From Promethearchaeia archaeon (GTDB lineage Archaea > Asgardarchaeota > Lokiarchaeia > Sigyniarchaeales > SOKP01), in NCBI GenBank assembly GCA_029856445.1, contig JAHQWY010000003.1, forward strand, positions 1-34,430: a DNA stretch of 34,430 bases, given 5' to 3'. This document shows positions 26,959-34,430 of the stretch, piece by piece. Both the position numbers and the translations under genes were made by a program. How positions within the stretch are numbered: position 1 is the first letter of the stretch; the number at the start of each line of letters is the position of its first letter. Below the pieces are notes generated by a model. The model was given only the letters and a program-made list of their open reading frames with translations. It did not search any database and was not told the DNA's origin.

Positions 26959-27942
26959 TTGGTATTAATGATTAATTACAATATTTTCTTGAAGAAAGGT
27001 AAATGTTCTTATTGCGAAAACTCAATTGTAATTGAGAGAAGATATTCAGGTGAAAACCTCTGCCCGAACTGTTTTGAGAAAAACATTGAAAAAACAATTT
27101 ATAAGACCATTTCAAAATATGGAATGTTAAAGCCTGATGATAAGATTATAGTAGCACTTTCAGGAGGTAAGGATTCATATACTCTTTTATATAATCTCAC
27201 TATGATTCAAAAAAACCTATACCATCCAAATAAGCTCATAGCATTAACAATAGACGAGGGTATAAAAGATTACCGAGAAAATAGCATTAAAAATGCGATT
27301 GAATTATGTAGAGAACTAAATGTTGAGCATCATATCATCACTTTTAAAGAAAAATTTGGTTTAACCTTAGATGAGATCATCAGGAAAAAAAACCAACTGC
27401 CTGATTACAAATATGCCTGTAATTATTGCGCAACAATAAGGAGGAGATTATTAAATGATGGAGCTAAAGAATTTGGAGGCACTATCTTAGCTATGGGACA
27501 TAACCTTACAGATATAGCAGAAACTTATCTTATGAATATTCTATACAAGCGTTTTCACTTAATAGCAAATCAGTATTTATATAGGAAAGAAAATTCAAAA
27601 TTAAGTCGGTTTTTTGTTAAAAAAATTACTCCATTAATGAGAATTCCTGAAGAAGAGATATTCTTATATGTAAATATTAAAAATTTCAATTATTACCCTT
27701 CACATTGCCCCTATAGAGAAAAAGATCCAATATTGAGAAAAAGGGTTTTGAATTTCATTCAAAAATGTAAAAATTCCAGCCCAGAAATAGAATTTAATTT
27801 ACTCAATGGTTTTTTAGAACTTTCAGCTATTCTATATAACTATAATAAGAAATTAGAATATCAAACATGTCAGTCATGTGGATACCCATGTACAAATACT
27901 TCTATCTGCACTTTTTGTAGTTTTTTAAAAGAGTTGAATTAA
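26959..27942 (+). CDS. TtuA/NcsA (Ncs6-like) tRNA 2-thiolation protein
   Basis: N- and C-terminal Zn fingers, PP-loop SGGKDS, CNYC, GHNLTD, CPY. Confidence 0.9.
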   Translation: MVLMINYNIFLKKGKCSYCENSIVIERRYSGENLCPNCFEKNIEKTIYKTISKYGMLKPDDKIIVALSGGKDSYTLLYNLTMIQKNLYHPNKLIALTIDEGIKDYRENSIKNAIELCRELNVEHHIITFKEKFGLTLDEIIRKKNQLPDYKYACNYCATIRRRLLNDGAKEFGGTILAMGHNLTDIAETYLMNILYKRFHLIANQYLYRKENSKLSRFFVKKITPLMRIPEEEIFLYVNIKNFNYYPSHCPYREKDPILRKRVLNFIQKCKNSSPEIEFNLLNGFLELSAILYNYNKKLEYQTCQSCGYPCTNTSICTFCSFLKELN

Positions 27943-28931
27943 TAGGATTTTTCTATTAAAAATTCTCCCATTTCTTTAAGTTTATCATATTCTCTTATTT
28001 CTTCTTTGAATAACGGTACTTCAATTAGATTCTTATGCAATTTCTCACTAAATATTTCTCTTATTTTTATCAAATTTTTTTCTTGCATTTTTCGTCTTGC
28101 CTTACAGAACTCACATAGTTCAGTTGGATCTTGGTATAATTGATTCACTACAATATTAGAGACAGAAATGTTATTTTTAATTAATTCATTTAGCAAACGT
28201 CCAGTTTCAGTAATAGCCATTTCTTCAGGGATCATTACAATTACAAATGAATTTTTGACGGGATTTGTAAGATCCTCTCTTGCATTTAAAATAGATTCAT
28301 TTAATCTTTCTAAAATTTCTAAAGAATCATCTTTTTTTTTTTCTTCACGAGAAAATAGTCTTTTTACTGCCCCAAACATGTTACCTATTTTTATTCTCAT
28401 TTTTATTAATTTTCCTATCCATCCAGATAGAGTTTCTGGTAAGCTTAGAAATCTTAGGGTATGGCCTGTGGGAGCAGTATCAAATATAATTAAATCATAA
28501 TCGTGGTCTGTTTCAACGAATTCTAATATTTTCCCAAAAGCTAAAGCCTCATCAATTCCAGGCGGTGTCATCGAAGCTAATTCTTCCATATCCCCAAAAA
28601 GTGGCACATTTTCCATTAACCCAGACATGCCCATTTCTTCCATTGGATTTATATTAGTTATTCCCCTAAATTCTGCCATATTTGCCTTAGGATTTATCTC
28701 TAAAGCAGTAAGATTTTCTATTCCTTCAATATGAGTAGGTACACCTGGTAATAATTCTACACCTAAACTATCTCCCAAAGAATGAGCAGGATCGGTACTT
28801 ATAATCAATGTATTTCTTCCGTGTTCTGCTGCCCAAATTGCCGAACTTGCAGCACAACTAGTTTTTCCTACTCCTCCTTTACCTCCAAACATGATCATTT
28901 TTAAATTTAATAAAAGATTCTTTAACTGCAT
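27939..28931 (-). CDS. TRC40/Get3/ArsA-family ATPase (Get3-like)
   Basis: GGKGGVGKT, STDPAHSL, PGIDEA, DTAPTGHT, CEFC; single ATPase domain. Confidence 0.92.
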   Translation of the reverse strand: MQLKNLLLNLKMIMFGGKGGVGKTSCAASSAIWAAEHGRNTLIISTDPAHSLGDSLGVELLPGVPTHIEGIENLTALEINPKANMAEFRGITNINPMEEMGMSGLMENVPLFGDMEELASMTPPGIDEALAFGKILEFVETDHDYDLIIFDTAPTGHTLRFLSLPETLSGWIGKLIKMRIKIGNMFGAVKRLFSREEKKKDDSLEILERLNESILNAREDLTNPVKNSFVIVMIPEEMAITETGRLLNELIKNNISVSNIVVNQLYQDPTELCEFCKARRKMQEKNLIKIREIFSEKLHKNLIEVPLFKEEIREYDKLKEMGEFLIEKSY

Positions 28932-28997
28932 CTTTGAAATTACACCTGTTTAGTTATTTTAAAATTTAGAATTAAGTTTAATTTAATTTTGTTAATT

Positions 28998-30278
28998 TTA
29001 ATAGTCAATTTTATACCTAAGAATACCAGCTATTCCACCAAAAGTACTATACAACATTTCACCCTCTTCTGTTTCAGTTGATAAAATTTCTACATTTGTA
29101 CCAGTTGATTCAGCTATTTCTCCAAGTTCTTCAATTAATGAATTAATTTCAATAATTCTAAATGAATTTGAATTACATTGTGGGCAGCTTTCTTCTTGAA
29201 TATCTCCACTAAATTTTTCTAATAAATTTTCCGTTATAGTTCTATTTTCAGTATAATCGCAATTTGAACATCCTAATTTGACTATATGGGTTTCTAGCTT
29301 TTCAGAAAGCAGGAGCATATCAACAGCGCCGTAATTTAATGCTCTTTGTATTTCTTCTAACCCATAAGTTGCTAATCCTGTATCATTAGAAATCTCCTTC
29401 ATAAAACGTTGCATAGCTTCTTTTTCACGAATATATTTAACATTTTCGATTTGATCCTTAACTTTTTCTATTAAAGCACGAATTCCTTCAACACCACCAT
29501 ACCCGATATCTACAACATCAAAAATTTTATCCTGTAATCTATAATCTAGACTCTCATCCTTTACAAATTTTTCTTTTGAGGGTCCTGGACCTCCCACAAA
29601 AATACCCTTTAAATCTTCAATTTGTAAAAATACTTCATTTACAGTTTCAGAAATTCGTCGATAGAAAGCAATTTCTGCTTCTTGATTTAATCTTTCAAAT
29701 CTTCGCTGTGATTGCCCACCTGCTGAATGTTTAGAATGAATACCTGAAGTAAATTCTTTTATAACTTCGACTTTATTGCCTTTAATATAACCAACAGCAG
29801 ATTCTTTTCTTCCAATTACTAACAAACCATAAGTCTCAGTAGGTGTAAGCATATCCTCTAAAGGCCATAACAAAAATTCACTCGCACAGTGATATCTAAA
29901 TGTGGTAATTCTATCAGGAGGTTCAATAATTGTTAGTTCATTTCTTTCCGTTCCAGGAGTATTATTTTGAGGTATTGCACCAGAAAACATAACCAAACCA
30001 TTATCAGGTGCTTCCTTTATGTTTTTTAATTGTCCTAAGAGACTATTAATACTATCAAGTACATTCTTTCTGGTTAATTTTGATTTGATATTTTGACTTT
30101 CACTAATTTCGTTCTTTAAATAATTTGTAACATCAGAAATTTTTTTATCATGAGGAATATACAACGAAATTAATTCAGTATGAAATCCCCTTTTATTCCT
30201 AAGTTCATCTAATTTCTGTTTCATTTTATAAATCTGTAAATCATTTGATTTCTTTTTTTCTACTGCACTCATATCCAT
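28998..30278 (-). CDS. prf1: peptide chain release factor aRF1
   Basis: TELISLYIP, NIKS, YHCASEF, GGQS, FGGIAGILRY. Confidence 0.97.
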   Translation of the reverse strand: MDMSAVEKKKSNDLQIYKMKQKLDELRNKRGFHTELISLYIPHDKKISDVTNYLKNEISESQNIKSKLTRKNVLDSINSLLGQLKNIKEAPDNGLVMFSGAIPQNNTPGTERNELTIIEPPDRITTFRYHCASEFLLWPLEDMLTPTETYGLLVIGRKESAVGYIKGNKVEVIKEFTSGIHSKHSAGGQSQRRFERLNQEAEIAFYRRISETVNEVFLQIEDLKGIFVGGPGPSKEKFVKDESLDYRLQDKIFDVVDIGYGGVEGIRALIEKVKDQIENVKYIREKEAMQRFMKEISNDTGLATYGLEEIQRALNYGAVDMLLLSEKLETHIVKLGCSNCDYTENRTITENLLEKFSGDIQEESCPQCNSNSFRIIEINSLIEELGEIAESTGTNVEILSTETEEGEMLYSTFGGIAGILRYKIDY

Positions 30279-30367
30279 CTACTAAGATTACAAATTATAC
30301 AAAAAATTAATATTTTTTCTTTATACCAATCTATATAAAGAACTGTATTTAATACATGTGAAAAAAT

Positions 30368-31165
30368 ATGACTCTGAATGAAAATCAAAACAATGGAATC
30401 CCTGAAACACACCCACGATATCAAAGTCTAAAATTTCGACATAAGATAATCGATGGTATGAAAAAATTAGTTGTAGCTGAGGCTGGATTGATAGCTCATG
30501 GTAGAGGTGAATGTTTTGATTATATTTTAGGTGAAAAAACAACTAAAACCGCAAGATATGCAATAAGAGCCGCTGTGGCAGCATTATTATTAGCTAAGAA
30601 ACCAGTGATTAGTGTAAACGGTAATGTGGCTGCTTTAGTCCCCAATGAACTGGTAACTTTATCAAAATTATTAAACATCCCTCTTGAAATCAATTTATTT
30701 TACCATAAGGAAGGACGAATAAAAGCAATAACGGATGTTTTAACAAAAGCTGGAGCTACCGATATCAAAGGAATCAATGAAGATAAAATGGTTGAGCTTG
30801 AGGGACTTGAAAGTAATAGAAGAAAAGTAGAATTAATCGCTAAGGCAGATATTGTTATGGTTCCTTTAGAAGATGGTGATCGTACGGAAGCTCTAAAAAA
30901 GCTTAATAAAAAAGTAATAGCCGTCGATTTAAATCCTTTAAGCAGAACTGCTCTTTGGGCTGACATTACAATCGTTGATAATATCGTAAGAGTTATACCT
31001 GAAATGATAGAAATCTCAAAAGAATTAAAGAAATTAAATAAGGCTGAATTAAACTATATTCTGGAAAAATTTGACAATAAATTGAATATTCAAAAAACAC
31101 TGGATTTAATAATCGATTATATTAAAGAACAAAAAAAGATAGCATTCAACATCCAAAAGAAATGA
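30368..31165 (+). CDS. 4-phosphopantoate--beta-alanine ligase (archaeal phosphopantothenate synthetase)
   Basis: HPRYQSL, GLIAHGRGE, SVNGN, VPLEDGDR, DLNPLSRTA. Confidence 0.93.
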   Translation: MTLNENQNNGIPETHPRYQSLKFRHKIIDGMKKLVVAEAGLIAHGRGECFDYILGEKTTKTARYAIRAAVAALLLAKKPVISVNGNVAALVPNELVTLSKLLNIPLEINLFYHKEGRIKAITDVLTKAGATDIKGINEDKMVELEGLESNRRKVELIAKADIVMVPLEDGDRTEALKKLNKKVIAVDLNPLSRTALWADITIVDNIVRVIPEMIEISKELKKLNKAELNYILEKFDNKLNIQKTLDLIIDYIKEQKKIAFNIQKK

Positions 31166-31271
31166 ATTTATGAATTCTCTGTATACATAAAAACTTAAAA
31201 GTTTCAAATATTATAACATATATATTAACAATGCCGTTTTTGAGTTACTCATCTTTTGAGCAAGCTAAGCA

Positions 31272-31802
31272 ATGACTACTAATAAAGATATAAAGATAAG
31301 TACTTTTACCGATACTAATAATCAAAAAATTATTATAAAGAGATGTAACTTGGATGATTTAGATGGAGTTATAAAAGTAAATGAAGAGGAACTTCCAGAA
31401 GATTATCCCTACTTCTTTTATAAGAGCATACTTGATAATTACCCCGAATCTTTTTTAATAGCTCAAAATAGTTTCGGAAAAATTATTGGTTACATTATGT
31501 GGAGGGTAGAAAAGACTCCTTCAATAGATAGTTTACGGTATGTCAATACGGGTCACCTTGTATCGATTGCGGTCTCACAAGGATATAGAAAGAAAGGAAT
31601 AGCAAAAAGTTTATTAACAAATAGCATGAATGCAATAAAAAAGTATAAGATTCATGAATATGTTTTAGAGGTAAGGGTTTCAAATTATAATGCAATTAAG
31701 CTGTATGAGCAATTCAACTTCAAAATCTCGAATATTAAGAAAAATTATTATCGAGATGGAGAAAATGCTTACTACATGACCCTAAAAGCAAAAAAACGTT
31801 AA
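31272..31802 (+). CDS. Ard1/RimI-like N-terminal acetyltransferase (GNAT)
   Basis: LPEDY, GHLVSIAV, YRKKGIA, LEVRVSN, YYRDGENAY. Confidence 0.92.
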   Translation: MTTNKDIKISTFTDTNNQKIIIKRCNLDDLDGVIKVNEEELPEDYPYFFYKSILDNYPESFLIAQNSFGKIIGYIMWRVEKTPSIDSLRYVNTGHLVSIAVSQGYRKKGIAKSLLTNSMNAIKKYKIHEYVLEVRVSNYNAIKLYEQFNFKISNIKKNYYRDGENAYYMTLKAKKR

Positions 31803-32806
31803 ATTAATGAAGCTTCTAACCCTTTAATTAAATGAGTTAATAATTCATTTATGGGTGTCTTAATGCCTAATTCTTTTGCATAAATTAAGACCCTACCATT
31901 AATAAAATCAATCTCAGTGACCGTCCTATTTAAAATATCCTGTAGCATCGAATTCTTATTTTTTGATGTTTTTTTTGCTACATCATAAGTTTCAGCTATA
32001 AAATCTTTATTGGATAGCTTGATTTCCTTCAATTTTGCCACTTCAACTGCTTCTTCAACGGCTTCAGCCATCAATTGCTTTAATCCTTCCGATTCTAATA
32101 ATTGACCATTAGTTAAATTAGTTAAAGCCCCAAAAGCATTAATTCCTATATTTACAAAAACTTTCTCCCAAGATTCCTTATTTATATCTTTAGCAATTTG
32201 AGTCTTTAAACCCGCTAAATGGAGAAGCTCTTTTAAAAGATTCAAATCTTCATTTGCTTTGGTTAAATCAACATGATTATTATTGATATCTTCTAGAAAT
32301 GGAAAACCAATTTTTGTAAATCCATCTCCAGTGTGAATTAAATTACCTGGGGATTCCAAAAATGCCCCATTTGAAGTTACAATCCTTATTATCTTTGATT
32401 TCGGTATATAATTACTAATAATCTCTTCATTTCCAATCCCATTCTGTAAAATAACAAACCAGTCACTTACATCAATAAGTTTTTCATATTGGAGCACAGC
32501 TTTTTCCATATCATATGTCTTTGTAGTAAGAAAAATGTAATCAAATCTAAAATATTTATCCATTTTCAATTTTTCTTCTAGAATTTTCTCGTTTTCATAT
32601 GCGAGAATATCATTAATTTCTTTTACATCTTGATTCTTCTTAATTTTTAATCCTTTTTTGTCAATAGCTTCCTTATGTTCTCTCTGGCAGAAAAATATTA
32701 CTTCTAAATCATAGATTTCAGATTTAATATTTGCTAAATACCCGCCAAATAAACTACCTATGGAACCAGCTCCAATAAATCCGATCCTTATCTTTTTCCT
32801 TCCCAA
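31799..32806 (-). CDS. panE: ketopantoate reductase
   Basis: GAGSIG, LQNGIG, WEKVFVN, SMLQD, TEIDFING. Confidence 0.93.
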   Translation of the reverse strand: MGRKKIRIGFIGAGSIGSLFGGYLANIKSEIYDLEVIFFCQREHKEAIDKKGLKIKKNQDVKEINDILAYENEKILEEKLKMDKYFRFDYIFLTTKTYDMEKAVLQYEKLIDVSDWFVILQNGIGNEEIISNYIPKSKIIRIVTSNGAFLESPGNLIHTGDGFTKIGFPFLEDINNNHVDLTKANEDLNLLKELLHLAGLKTQIAKDINKESWEKVFVNIGINAFGALTNLTNGQLLESEGLKQLMAEAVEEAVEVAKLKEIKLSNKDFIAETYDVAKKTSKNKNSMLQDILNRTVTEIDFINGRVLIYAKELGIKTPINELLTHLIKGLEASLI

Positions 32807-32862
32807 GTTCCTTCAAAAACCCTAAAATAAATAAAAATATTCTTATCTCAGTTCTATCTAAT

Positions 32863-33732
32863 TTATTTTAAAAACTTATCTAAATCTGTTTGACCTTTGG
32901 AATATTCGCCAGTTTTTTTCTTAAGATCCAAAAGACTTACATTTTCCGGTGAATTCTTTGGCTGCAGTGTTAATTCTTTCATTAACATTAAAGAATTTTT
33001 TGCTGCATATCCAGAAAAATGATTATTAAAATAAATCCCTATTCTCTCCACTTTTGGTATTATTTTACGTATTGATTGTGCAAATCTTTTTATTTCATCT
33101 TCCTTAAAAAAATAATCAAACCATATTTTTTTTCCAAATCCATGAAACCTTACATATGCCAAATTTGAATTTGTTACATCCATCCTGGGAGGTAATAAAG
33201 GCTCGACAACAGCACAATATGTCAAGGACTTATCTTTCAAGTAGTTAAACACCTCATCATCCATCCATGATTTATGTCTAAACTCTACGGCTAAGTAATA
33301 CTTTTCGTCTTTAAGCTCTGTTGGCCAATTATCTACAAATTCTTTTAAATTACTAAAATGGTCCTTTTTATTAAATGAAGGTGGTAATTGTATCAGAAAT
33401 GATAATAATTTTTTAGCATTAATTAGAGGTTCCATTGAATTTAAATAATGATATAATTCATTCGAGCACAATTCAATATCTAATTTATACTCATGTGTAA
33501 TTTTCTGGGGTATTTTTGCTGAAAAGATAAAATTACTTGGCGTTTTATCTACCCAATTTTGAACAACTCCCCTTGGTGGTATATTATAAAATGTAGTATT
33601 AATCTCATTTGTATAAAAAACTTCAGAATAAAATAAGAGAAAATCCTCTTGTCTTAAGCTTTTTGGATAGAAATTACCAATCCATTCATCATAACCCCAT
33701 CCAGATGTACCGATCAAAACCTTGCTTTCCAT
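32863..33732 (-). CDS. DUF72 (YecE-like) TIM-barrel protein
   Basis: IGTSGW, EINTTFY, QLPPSF, VEFRH, YVRFHG, YFNN. Confidence 0.92.
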   Translation of the reverse strand: MESKVLIGTSGWGYDEWIGNFYPKSLRQEDFLLFYSEVFYTNEINTTFYNIPPRGVVQNWVDKTPSNFIFSAKIPQKITHEYKLDIELCSNELYHYLNSMEPLINAKKLLSFLIQLPPSFNKKDHFSNLKEFVDNWPTELKDEKYYLAVEFRHKSWMDDEVFNYLKDKSLTYCAVVEPLLPPRMDVTNSNLAYVRFHGFGKKIWFDYFFKEDEIKRFAQSIRKIIPKVERIGIYFNNHFSGYAAKNSLMLMKELTLQPKNSPENVSLLDLKKKTGEYSKGQTDLDKFLK

Positions 33733-34009
33733 AGTTAACTCTCTATTTTTTTACGATTTCTTTAAATCATCATTTCTCATTGCTAATAATTACTTACATT
33801 CGTATTTAAACTTTAAAATTCACTTAGTTTTCTGATTTTATTTAAGTTTTATTTTGATAGTAATAATCATTAATTCATTAATTATTAAATCTCAAAGGCT
33901 CTAATTTATCTATTAAATTTTATGAATTCTGACCATAAAATTTTTAACCAAGGATTTATTCTTATATTTCGTCGATTGTATTTTTACTTTCGATAATTAT
34001 TGGTGAAAA

Positions 34010-34329
34010 AATATCTCATCCAAATGGATGACATACACCTTTAATTGGCAGCGGACTTGTGGAAGTATATCTCATGAGTAGAAACATGCGAGAAATTGAA
34101 TCCATAACGACAATATAGTGAATTCTTTATTACGGCGCATGAAGTAACCCATGACTGAGATATTACAGGAAGCAATTTACCAAGCCAAGCATGAAAAATC
34201 GTGCTCATAAGAACATACTCCCTATATTATTAAAGTCTACTTATTTTTCGTCTCGATTTAATAATTATTTTTACCAAATCTGAATACGCAAACCCTTAGG
34301 CAAGCAATCTGAATCTTTCCTCAATTAGA
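34010..34329 (+). other. probable structured 5' leader (external transcribed spacer) of the 23S rRNA; boundaries approximate
   Basis: No long ORF; higher GC than other intergenic DNA; hairpins TCATCCA/TGGATGA and AGCATGA/TCGTGCT; directly upstream of 23S. Confidence 0.5.
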
Positions 34330-34430
34330 CTCCAATACGCCTCCGCTATTTGGTGGATATCTTGGCTTGGGCACCGATGAAGAGCGTGACAAGCTGCGAT
34401 AAGCTCGGGTTAGTCGCATGAAGACGCTGA
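34330..34430 (+). rRNA. rrl: 23S rRNA, 5' fragment (runs off the window; start approximate)
   Basis: GGTGGAT...GGCTTGGGCACCGATGAAG..CGTG.CAAGCTGCGATAAGC matches the conserved archaeal LSU rRNA 5' region. Confidence 0.9.

Noticed and set aside
24583-28947. Shared AGGTGTAATT motif upstream of the RPA32-like and Get3-like genes as a regulon site
   Set aside because: Position and sequence fit an ordinary GGTG-type Shine-Dalgarno site.
4047-30966. Short ORFs opposite recognised genes (4047, 4686, 5986, 6707, 7274, 7839, 9099, 9387, 17467, 17772, 19352, 19652, 21547, 24326, 28168, 30321, 30700)
   Set aside because: All lie mostly antisense to motif-supported genes and show no motifs of their own.
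1-34430. Mobile elements, proviruses or defence systems
   Set aside because: No integrase, transposase, terminal repeats, duplicated tRNA ends or defence domains were recognised; content is core chromosomal.

Overview
AT-rich archaeal chromosomal segment, most likely from an Asgard archaeon of the Lokiarchaeia type. This is inferred from a Loki-type profilin, a Rab/Ras-like small GTPase, a RING-like protein, a Get3-like ATPase, a PAC3/PAC4-like protein and FtsZ2 among archaeal core genes (aRF1, TFB, Rpo12, aIF-2beta, Nmd3, Rio1, Dim2, RPA, PoK/PPS/KPR, MfnB). Features missing from the ORF track and found by reading the DNA: four intron-containing tRNAs (Glu-TTC, Asn-GTT, Leu-CAA, iMet-CAT) with six BHB introns, five at non-canonical positions; an rpoP gene; an intact aIF1/SUI1 gene with no in-frame ATG/GTG/TTG that probably starts at ATT behind a Shine-Dalgarno-like motif; and the 5' end of a 23S rRNA gene with no 16S gene upstream, whose leader contains a 10-nt complement of the 23S 5' region. 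No mobile element or CRISPR array was seen. All family calls come from recalled motifs; no database search was run.
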